Part shown: positions 21,131 to 28,775 of the stretch, one piece after another
Layout: each line of letters opens with the position of its first letter
Numbering within the stretch: the stretch's first letter is position 1
Translations under genes and position numbers: made by a program
Notes under the pieces: model-generated
Seen by the model: the letters and a program-made list of their open reading frames with translations, nothing else
Told to the model about the DNA's origin: nothing
Databases searched by the model: none
DNA from: an uncultured delta proteobacterium
GTDB lineage: Bacteria; Desulfobacterota; BSN033; UBA1163
DNA length: 64,000 bases
Direction: 5' to 3'
NCBI GenBank assembly: GCA_963711845.1
Contig: CAVQFR010000007.1
Span: forward strand, 2,165 to 66,164

Positions 21131-21559
21131 TTGATGACTTCAGATAATAAAATTGAGCTTCATATCCCAAGCATCATGGGTTTTGAAAAGGTTGCGATGG
21201 AATGTTCTGCATCCGTAGCAAAGAAGATGGGATTTACGGAGGATCGAATCGAGGACTTGAAAACGGCTGTTGCTGAGGCTTGCCTGAATGCCATTGAACA
21301 TGGTAATAGAATGGATACGAATACTAAAGTGGGGATTACCCTGACGGTCGAGGAAACGAAACTTCAGGTGACTGTGAAAGACGAAGGGAAAGGAGTTGGC
21401 AATATCTCTCTACCCAGTATCGAAAATAAAATGGAGGGAAAGGATAAACCCCGGGGATGGGGCCTCTTTCTTATTAAAAATCTGATCAATGAAGTCACTT
21501 TCGAACCCAGTCCGGAAGGCGGAAACATTACCAAAATGGTCATCTATTTAGAAAAATAA
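21131..21559 (+). CDS. Anti-sigma regulatory factor, Ser/Thr protein kinase (RsbW/SpoIIAB-like, HATPase_c)
   Basis: 142 aa with the N box EACLNAIEHGN and the G box (KDEGKGVG … GWGLFLIKNL). This is the usual size and architecture of RsbW-type partner-switch kinases. Confidence 0.8.
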   Translation: MMTSDNKIELHIPSIMGFEKVAMECSASVAKKMGFTEDRIEDLKTAVAEACLNAIEHGNRMDTNTKVGITLTVEETKLQVTVKDEGKGVGNISLPSIENKMEGKDKPRGWGLFLIKNLINEVTFEPSPEGGNITKMVIYLEK

Positions 21560-21630
21560 ATGGGAAAGGATGGTTGAAGAAACTCAGTGATCTAAGGAGG
21601 AAATCGGGTTTCACCAGAGCATAGATAAAT

Positions 21631-21975
21631 ATGAATAAGGACATCCAGGTTTCGATTTCTCAGAAAGACGACGTTTCGATCCTCAATATCAAAGGGGATG
21701 TCACTGCCATGACAGGAGAGAGCATCGAAGAGGCTTACCAAAAGGTAAGCAACAGTGGAGCCCAAAAGATACTCCTCTATTTCGATAAAGACGGGTATAT
21801 CAATAGTGGCGGGATCGCCATCTTGATTGGCATTGCCTCAGAGAGCAGGAAAAGTGGCCAGACAGTACGGATGACCGGTCTGTCCGGCCACTTTCAAAAG
21901 ATTTTTAGCATGGTGGGGTTGACCAAATATACTGAAATTTTCCAAACAGAGGAATTGGCCCTCAAAGATTTTTAA
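21631..21975 (+). CDS. STAS-domain anti-sigma-factor antagonist (RsbV/SpoIIAA-like)
   Basis: 114 aa. STAS fold pattern (ILNIKGDVTAMTGESIEE … ILLYFDKDGYINSGGIAIL) with the conserved phosphorylatable Ser context (YINSGG). Confidence 0.85.
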   Translation: MNKDIQVSISQKDDVSILNIKGDVTAMTGESIEEAYQKVSNSGAQKILLYFDKDGYINSGGIAILIGIASESRKSGQTVRMTGLSGHFQKIFSMVGLTKYTEIFQTEELALKDF

Positions 21976-21985
21976 AGATCAAGCC

Positions 21986-22052
21986 TCTCCCCTCACCCTA
22001 TCCCTCTCCCCGCGGGGGAGAGGGGAGGGTGAGGGGGTCTCATAGATCATCA
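21986..22052. repeat. GC-rich long palindromic element (CCCCTCACCC … GGGTGAGGGG family); likely a terminator after the rsbV-like gene
   Basis: cccctcaccctatccctctcccc / gcg / ggggagaggggagggtgagggg forms a ~23 bp imperfect stem. A second, related copy lies at 24320-24378. Confidence 0.5.
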
Positions 22053-22071
22053 GGAATGGTAAACGAAATCC

Positions 22072-23535
22072 ATGGAAGATGAGGCCCTCAAAAACGTCCA
22101 AGATCCTTCCAAAGAAGAAAAAGAATCCCAACAAGAACTTGAAAAGCGAATCTTCCATCTAAAGGCCCTCTATGATTTGAGCCAAGAGATAGGGTTCTTA
22201 AGAGGTACTCAAGAGATTACGAAAAACCTATTATTGATGATGATCGGGACCTTTGGGGCATCCTGTGGATTTATTCTTCTTCTCGATGTGGGCCGAGGCA
22301 AGATTGAGGCATTCACTCAGAGAGGCATGATTAAAAATTCTTTAGATCTGTTTTCTCAAACCATAGATTCCGCTTACTTTCAAGAGTCAAGCGAAGCCAC
22401 CAGCATCCGGGTGGTAGACGGACGAGGCGAAGTTCAGAAAAAGGAAAAGGGACCGTTTTTTGACCTCCTCTCCTCATTGAATATAAAGATTTGGATTCCT
22501 TTTGAAATCGAAGCAAATTTGAGAGGCGGTATAGGATTGGGAGAGAAGCTATCAGGAGATTCCTACAATCGAGATGATCAGGAATTGTTAAGCACCATGT
22601 CCCATCAGGGAGCAGTCGCTATTGAGAATGCCAGACTTGATCAAGCTCGCATCGAGGCTTTGGAGCAATCGAAAAAGGAGCTCGAGAAGCTCAATAGAGC
22701 AAAAAGTAAAGCGCTTGACCACCTCTCTCATGAACTGAGGACACCGCTCTCTGTGATCCAGGGAAACATCCGGATTTTGAAGCGTAAAACTCAATCACAA
22801 ACCCCTCCTATCGTGAGGGAAGAGGTCTTTGAATCCTTAGAGAAGAACCTGAATCGTCTTTCTGATATCCAGCAGGAGACCGATCAGATTATCCGTTCTC
22901 ATCAGGAATTAGAGATGAAGCCTCGGCTTGAGGAATTCGATTCTCCTGCTTCTTTTTCTCCTGCAACTATCCGCCTATACACGTTTACTGAGCGAATTTT
23001 GGAGAATATAAAGAAGCAGGCCCATCATCGGGAGATTCAACTTCAATTAGATGGGGAAAACGATCTCACTCTTCAAATGGATCCAAAGATCCTTGAAGAT
23101 ATTCTCGTGGGACTATTAAAGAACGCCATCGAGAACACTCCTGATGAAGGAATGATTCGGGTTGTTCTGGAGCACAGAGCAGAGTGGCTGCAACTCAAGG
23201 TGATGGATTTTGGCATAGGGATAACCAAGGAGAACCAGAGGCGTCTTTTCGAGGGATTATTTCATACCCTTGATACCGAACTCTATTCTTCTAAGAAACC
23301 TTATGATTTTGGTGCAGGAGGTAAGGGGCTCGACCTGCTTCGCCTCAAGGCCTATGGACAGCGCTTTGGTTTTGACGTTTCGGTAGGCAGTCAAAGATGC
23401 ATCTATCTTCCAACTGATCACGACCTTTGCCCGGGAAAAATCTCTGAATGCCCACACGGTAGAGTCAGAGAGGACTGCCTCAACTCTGGAGGAAGCACTT
23501 TCTGTTTAACCTTTTCCATCAAGGGTGATTCATAA
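22072..23535 (+). CDS. GAF-domain sensor histidine kinase with a C-terminal Cys-rich extension
   Basis: 487 aa. GAF end (HQGAVAIENARL), H-box (LDHLSHELRTPLSVI), N box (LLKNAIENT), G boxes (DFGIGI, GGKGLDL). The tail has 5 Cys plus His: CIYLPTDHDLCPGKISECPHGRVREDCLNSGGSTFC. It is paralogous to 40767-42245. Confidence 0.8.
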   Translation: MEDEALKNVQDPSKEEKESQQELEKRIFHLKALYDLSQEIGFLRGTQEITKNLLLMMIGTFGASCGFILLLDVGRGKIEAFTQRGMIKNSLDLFSQTIDSAYFQESSEATSIRVVDGRGEVQKKEKGPFFDLLSSLNIKIWIPFEIEANLRGGIGLGEKLSGDSYNRDDQELLSTMSHQGAVAIENARLDQARIEALEQSKKELEKLNRAKSKALDHLSHELRTPLSVIQGNIRILKRKTQSQTPPIVREEVFESLEKNLNRLSDIQQETDQIIRSHQELEMKPRLEEFDSPASFSPATIRLYTFTERILENIKKQAHHREIQLQLDGENDLTLQMDPKILEDILVGLLKNAIENTPDEGMIRVVLEHRAEWLQLKVMDFGIGITKENQRRLFEGLFHTLDTELYSSKKPYDFGAGGKGLDLLRLKAYGQRFGFDVSVGSQRCIYLPTDHDLCPGKISECPHGRVREDCLNSGGSTFCLTFSIKGDS

Positions 23536-23633
23536 CTTACAAACTAACCCATTTTGATGGTAAGGTCATACGACGGGGGAGCGGTGTAAATTGACTCAGT
23601 CTTACCTGACCTATCAGACATGATCGGAAGATT

Positions 23634-24245
23634 TTATTGTTTTAATTTGAAAGAGATTATTTCCCAATCATAGATTACATCCCAATAATCACTTTTTTCA
23701 TATTGGCACTTCACCATAGATTTCACATCGGGCGAATACCAATACCATGCTTTCCCTTCCTTTGGCCGACCCGCTGTTTCTCCAACCGTTTCTTGTTTAT
23801 ACTCTAATTTAAGAGCCTTAAATTTTCCTGCTTGAATCACGATCTCTTCCCACCCCAAAACAGTTAAAGTCTCAAGATATGTCATTTCTTTTGATCCTAA
23901 GGCGGTTTGTTTAGTTATAAATTTGTCGTTCCATGTCTTCCCGACATCCAATGGAAAATTAAAAAGTCTTTTGTTCCTTCCCTCATACTTTGTTCGTTTA
24001 TCTCTAGCCATGTAGTAGAGTCTATTCAGAGAGCTTTTCTCACAAATTAAAGTCAAATCCCCGCGGGCCGTTGAGTATTTCACCACATAACTATCTGCCT
24101 CTGCATCAACTACCGTTATAATCACATCATCAGATAAAACCCACTTGTCCCCTACGTTCCAAACAGGGGCTTCAACCTTATTTTGACCAGATACAATGGT
24201 TGGAATGAATAAGACTAAAAAGATTAATAAAATCTTCTTTTTCAT
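23634..24245 (-). CDS. Secreted or periplasmic hypothetical protein
   Basis: Start set at MKKKILLIFLVLFIPTIVSGQ, preceded by SD aaggagg. It has a signal peptide and no recognisable domain. Confidence 0.55.
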   Translation of the reverse strand: MKKKILLIFLVLFIPTIVSGQNKVEAPVWNVGDKWVLSDDVIITVVDAEADSYVVKYSTARGDLTLICEKSSLNRLYYMARDKRTKYEGRNKRLFNFPLDVGKTWNDKFITKQTALGSKEMTYLETLTVLGWEEIVIQAGKFKALKLEYKQETVGETAGRPKEGKAWYWYSPDVKSMVKCQYEKSDYWDVIYDWEIISFKLKQ

Positions 24246-24319
24246 ATGATCTCCTCCTTTCATATATGGATTGATGTTAGAGAAATATTATCTTCTCGTT
24301 AAAAAGTCAATAGATTTTT

Positions 24320-24378
24320 TCTTCAATTCCCCCTCACCCCGCCCTCTCCTCAGTGGAGAGAGGGGAAGGGTGAGGGGC
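24320..24378. repeat. Second copy of the GC-rich palindromic element (CCCCTCACCC … GGGTGAGGGG)
   Basis: cccctcaccccgccctctcctc / agtg / gagagaggggaagggtgagggg. It lies in the divergent intergenic region between the 23634 gene and the selenoprotein operon. Confidence 0.5.
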
Positions 24379-24765
24379 GCAAATTTAAAAGAATTTAAAG
24401 CGTTCGTATTAGATACAAATCAGTGAATTCCATCACAAACACCTTTTCAAGTGCTATTGTTATATAGCTGAAATTAAACAGCTTCTTCTTTTGCTCTTTT
24501 TCCCTGAAAACAGGGTTATTATATTTCGTTCCAAACGCAACATTTCCTTTGGAAATCAATAAGTCTTGCTTATTGTCTTTTCCAGTACATCTTCCTTAAA
24601 TCCTAAGGTAGGGATAATTTTCACAATCTTATTTTAGTATTGACAAAAAAACGACTTTATGGTGGTGTTATATTGGTATTGAGGTATAAGGGGAGGGCTG
24701 ATGAGTAATAATCTTCCAATTCACTACTCCTTTTTACAAGCTTTAACTAACTAACAGAAGGAGGG

Positions 24766-25305
24766 ATGACAATGCGACGCTTATGGATGGTTATCTTGTT
24801 TCTACTCATTTTCATGTTCTGGAACGCTCCTGTGGGGAACGCTCAATTCCGAGAGGCAGGAGCAGAAAAACTCAGGGTTACTGTGGATGCCCCCGATTTT
24901 ACCCTGAAGGAGATCGGTGGAGGAAAAATCTCTCTCAAAGAGCTGCGAGGGAAGATCATTTTGTTAAACTTCTTCGCCACGTGGTGACCAAACTGCAAGA
25001 GGGAGTCTCCCTCATTTGCCAAACTTCATGAGGAGTTTAAGAACTCAGATTTGGTCCTTCTCAAGGTAGCAACGAAAGAGAAAGAAAAAGATATAACAAG
25101 ATATAAGAAAGAACATAATTTTTCTTCCCCCATCCTCTTTGAGGATGATGCAGCAGTGGCCACTGCCTATGGAGTCTGGAGTCGCCCCCAGACTTTTTTC
25201 ATCAATCGGGAAGGTAAGATCGTCGGCAGAGCACTTAAGGAAATGGACTGGACATCGAAGAACATGAAAGATCTCATTGAATTTCTTTTGAAGGAGAAAA
25301 AATGA
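24766..25305 (+). CDS. TlpA/ResA-like thioredoxin-fold thiol:disulfide oxidoreductase, predicted selenoprotein (in-frame UGA at 24985-24987 in the CxxC position: W-U-P-N-C)
   Basis: The 24766-24987 ORF has a signal/TM segment and ends ILLNFFATW then TGA. The same frame continues PNCKRESPSFAKL…FFINREGKIVGRAL, the TlpA-like body, with no other stop. The UGA sits exactly where TlpA/ResA carries the first Cys of WCxxC. A SECIS-like hairpin begins 11 nt downstream. Confidence 0.7.
24995..25017 (+). promoter_or_regulatory. SECIS-like stem-loop 11 nt downstream of the in-frame UGA
   Basis: After UGA comes ccaaacugcaa (11 nt), then GAGGG-AGUCU-CCCUC (5-6 bp stem, loop containing GU). The stem is extendable with a bulge (CAAGAGGGAGUCUCCCUCAUUUG). 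The spacing matches the bacterial SECIS rule. Confidence 0.5.
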
Positions 25306-25886
25306 ATCGAATGAATTTAAAGAAGATATCGTATTTGGTTTTTGTCCTGATCTTTGGATTTTTGGGAACCCGATGCGCCACTCAGACTCACAAAGAAGAA
25401 GTTAAGACATATCCAAAGGATTATGTTCATTCTTTAAAGGAGATTCATCTTGAGAAAGTGTTCAATGAGAACCGGGGCTTAAAAGTTCTGGAAGAGAATG
25501 CGACCACAGTCCATGACTACTACCGCGGAGGCGTCCAGGAGAAGGAAGAAGGGGAAAAACTGATCAAAGAAAGTAGGTGGGGGGAGGCACGGGTACATCT
25601 TGAAAAATCAAATCGGTTCTTGAGGGTCGTCCTCAAATATCTTCCCGAGGATGAGGCTTATCGCAATATCTATGGGGAGCAAGTGGTCATTTTTTTGCCC
25701 AACCTCTTGATCGCCGACAATGACCTGAAGTTGATCACCGTTTACAAGAATACGAGAAAGGATGATAAAGTGGCTGAGGCGAAAGGGAATGGGCAGCATC
25801 ATCTTGCCGAATCTCTAAAGAGTGTAAGAACCGAGTGGGCCTATCAAATCAAGAAAGAGTATGAGGCTGAATTGCCTAAAAAGTGA
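25302..25886 (+). CDS. Secreted hypothetical protein
   Basis: 194 aa with an N-terminal hydrophobic signal (ISYLVFVLIFGFLGTRCATQ). No recognisable domain. It overlaps the neighbouring genes by 4 nt and ~25 nt, which suggests an operon. Confidence 0.5.
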   Translation: MNRMNLKKISYLVFVLIFGFLGTRCATQTHKEEVKTYPKDYVHSLKEIHLEKVFNENRGLKVLEENATTVHDYYRGGVQEKEEGEKLIKESRWGEARVHLEKSNRFLRVVLKYLPEDEAYRNIYGEQVVIFLPNLLIADNDLKLITVYKNTRKDDKVAEAKGNGQHHLAESLKSVRTEWAYQIKKEYEAELPKK

Positions 25887-25893
25887 GGCAGCC

Positions 25894-27417
25894 ATGAAAG
25901 AGAAATGGATTTGGATTTTTTGTCTCATTCCGGTTCTCCTGATCCTTGGGACCACTCAGGACAGCTTCTCAAAAGAACCAGTAAGGCTTTATTTCTTCTA
26001 TTCTGAAGAGAGCGGAGGGCTGAAGGTCCAAGAAGGATTCATTACGCCTCTTTCAAAGAAGTACCCCCTTGAGATCCAATCTTTTTCCTTAAACCAATTG
26101 GGTAATTATGACCTCCTTGGCAAATTCGAAAAAGAATTGAAACAGGAGGATAACGAACTTCCTGTCGTTATTATCGGGAATAAAATCTTGGGGGGCGAGC
26201 CTAAGATTCGAAAAGATCTGGAGGGATGGGTCAAATCCTATGCTGAAAAAGGAGGAATTGACTGGCCCTCCCTTCAAGTGACGAAGACGGACCGGTGGAT
26301 CCCTCATGCCCCTACAGAGGAGGAAAAACGTTCCCAAACGATCGTGTATGGCGCTTTTTTCTATACCCATGGATGCCTTCACTGTGAAGGGGTGAAGGCA
26401 AAGTTAGGGGAGTGGGCCCCAAAGTTTCCTGATTTGAGGATAGGAACCTTTGACATGTCAACGGAGGAGAATAAAAAAATAGGTGAGGCTCTTTTTGAAA
26501 TCTATAAGGTTCCAGAACGCCGACTGGGGGAGATTGTTCAATTCTATATCGGAGAAGACTACCTTTCGGGAGAAGAATTTCGTTATGAGGATTTCGAAAA
26601 ACTGGTCTCAAAATATCAGGGGAAGGGTGCTCCTCCACCCTGGGAGAAAGTGACCCAAGAGGCTTTGATGAAAGGGGAGGAGAAGATCATTGATCGGTTC
26701 AAAAAATTCAGCCTCTGGGGCGTGTTGGTCGCAGGCCTGATCGATGGTCTCAACCCCTGTGCCTTCGCCACGATCGTCTTTCTGGTCTCCTATCTTTCTT
26801 TTTTGGGCAAACAAAGCAAAGAAATCCTTACCTACGGTATCATTTTCACCTTTGGTGTCTTTATTGCTTACATCATAGCCGGAGTGGGTCTCATGGCGGG
26901 CCTCCGCCAGTTGAGCGGTTTTCCCATGATTACCAAAGGGATCTATCTCGTCATCGGCATGTTTGCGTTCGTACTCGGGATCATCAGCTTTTACGATTAT
27001 CTTCAATTTCGTCGTGGTCATATGGAAAAAATGAAGCTTCAGCTTCCCATGGTCCTGAAGAAAAAGATCCACGGAATTATCAGAATACAAACCCGCTCCC
27101 CGAAAGCGGGCTTCATAGGGACATTCATCCTCGGATTCGTCATTGCTGCTACGGAGGTGGTCTGCACCGGGCAGGTGTATCTCCCCACCATCGGATATAT
27201 CATGAGAGTCCCCGAATTGAGGGTGAATGCCTTTTTAAATCTCGTCCTCTACAACATCATGTTCATCATACCGCTGGTGGGCATTTTTGTGGCGGCCTTT
27301 TTCGGAGTGACTTCTGAGAGGATGGCAGTTAAAACAAAAGAACATACGGGGACGGTCAAGCTGTTAACGGCGCTCTTGTTCATTGGTTTGGGACTGTTTC
27401 TTTTCTTTTTCCGCTAG
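25894..27417 (+). CDS. Fusion of a periplasmic thioredoxin-like domain (CxxC) with a CcdA/DsbD-family transmembrane disulfide-reductase (electron transporter) domain
   Basis: N-terminal signal and soluble domain with a CxxC motif (FYTHGCLHCEG). C-terminal ~6 TM region has the two conserved TM Cys typical of CcdA/DsbD-beta (GLNPCAFATIVF and TEVVCTGQVYLPT). Start chosen at MKEKWIW. Confidence 0.7.
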   Translation: MKEKWIWIFCLIPVLLILGTTQDSFSKEPVRLYFFYSEESGGLKVQEGFITPLSKKYPLEIQSFSLNQLGNYDLLGKFEKELKQEDNELPVVIIGNKILGGEPKIRKDLEGWVKSYAEKGGIDWPSLQVTKTDRWIPHAPTEEEKRSQTIVYGAFFYTHGCLHCEGVKAKLGEWAPKFPDLRIGTFDMSTEENKKIGEALFEIYKVPERRLGEIVQFYIGEDYLSGEEFRYEDFEKLVSKYQGKGAPPPWEKVTQEALMKGEEKIIDRFKKFSLWGVLVAGLIDGLNPCAFATIVFLVSYLSFLGKQSKEILTYGIIFTFGVFIAYIIAGVGLMAGLRQLSGFPMITKGIYLVIGMFAFVLGIISFYDYLQFRRGHMEKMKLQLPMVLKKKIHGIIRIQTRSPKAGFIGTFILGFVIAATEVVCTGQVYLPTIGYIMRVPELRVNAFLNLVLYNIMFIIPLVGIFVAAFFGVTSERMAVKTKEHTGTVKLLTALLFIGLGLFLFFFR

Positions 27418-27459
27418 AACACCATAGAATGGGTGTGCGTCTCATGGTGACGGGAAAAT

Positions 27460-27977
27460 ATGATTCCACAAATCAAAAAAATTCTTTTCGCAACCGATCT
27501 CAGCAAAAACTCTGCTTATGCTTTCTTTTACGCGGTCCATATGGCGAAAAGAGACGAAGCAAAGATTGTGATTTTGCATGCGATTGAACCTCTTCCTTTC
27601 ATGCCGGTAACTTTTGGAGATTTCTCGCATCAGGTTGTGAAGGACCGCTGGGAGGAGACCGTTAAGAAAGTTTAAGGAGCGAATACAGGATATTTCCGTA
27701 AAGGTGGACAGCTCAAATGGGCATTTCGTCTGTTGACCTGGTATCCAACATCCTTATTCGGCTGGGTAACCCTGTGGAAGAGATCCTAAAGGTGGTCGAA
27801 GAAGAAGATTGCGATGTAATCGTTCTTGGAACCCATGGCAAGGGACTTTTCAAACAGACCTTGCTTGGGAGCGTGTCCAGTTCGGTCCTTATTCGAACCC
27901 AGAAACCAGTATTTGTGATACCATTGCCATCTAAAAATACCAACCTTGATTTGAACGTAATGGAGGACTTCTTATGA
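27460..27977 (+). CDS. Universal stress protein (UspA family); reading frame disturbed in the 27675-27717 region
   Basis: N-terminal part [10 protein letters not shown]…IVILHAIEP (frame 1). C-terminal part [53 protein letters not shown] (frame 3). Both are canonical USP segments. The ~40 nt linker is out of frame. Confidence 0.6.
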
Positions 27978-28621
27978 AAAAGATTTTGATGATGATTATC
28001 TTCGTAATTTTTCTTTTCGGCTGTGCAGGGATCCCCGTCCGACGCGCACTTCAAGAAAATATCAATGTTTCTCCGGGGAGGGTTGAAGGAAATCAATTCA
28101 CTGGTATTCGATACTCCTTTAATGTCTCCGTTCCTGGCCATTGGAAGGTCACGACAGAATTCCCTGATTTCCTTGAACAACTGGGTTACGACAAACCTTT
28201 TTCGACGGATAAGGAGCAGACAGAACTCTATGCGTATAATCCCGAAACAAAATCAAATATCAACTTCGATTTCACGCCGACGGGTCGGTATGCAAGATTC
28301 AACCAGAAAAGAATCGAACTTCTCACTTCAATGGCAACTGAAAGTTTGAAAGCTGAATTGGATAAAGAGTTTGGGAAGGGTGTTGTTAAACCGGACGTGT
28401 TTCCCGCAGAGCCGATCTCCTTAAAAGGTGTTAAATACGCTGCAAAAAAATATGCGACCTATACGGCAAAAGGACAGAAACGGGAACAGGGATGGATTTA
28501 TGGATTTACAGAACCCTATCAAATTTTTATCATTTACTCGATATTCGAAAAGACGATGGCCAGCGACCGCCAGGATCTGAAAAAGATTCTTGATTCTTTT
28601 GAGTACATAACAAAGAAATGA
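27974..28621 (+). CDS. Lipoprotein, hypothetical
   Basis: 215 aa with a lipobox (IFLFGCAG). No recognisable domain. It is the last gene of the co-directional block running 24766-28621. Confidence 0.6.
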   Translation: MKKILMMIIFVIFLFGCAGIPVRRALQENINVSPGRVEGNQFTGIRYSFNVSVPGHWKVTTEFPDFLEQLGYDKPFSTDKEQTELYAYNPETKSNINFDFTPTGRYARFNQKRIELLTSMATESLKAELDKEFGKGVVKPDVFPAEPISLKGVKYAAKKYATYTAKGQKREQGWIYGFTEPYQIFIIYSIFEKTMASDRQDLKKILDSFEYITKK

Positions 28622-28775
28622 CGAGGGTTGGAGACGAGGATGATCAATTTGATAGGGTTAGCTAAACACATGGGTTTAGATACTCCTTCTCCTGGAACAA
28701 TCATGGTATTATCACCGAGGTGATGATTTGCCCTGGCCTACTCTTTCTAATAATGAAGAGGAGTTATTAACAATC

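Noticed and set aside
24639-24676. TTGACA hexamer upstream of the selenoprotein gene as a sigma70 promoter
   Set aside because: No acceptable -10 hexamer at 16-18 nt spacing. The nearest TATATT is 25 nt away. Left unannotated.
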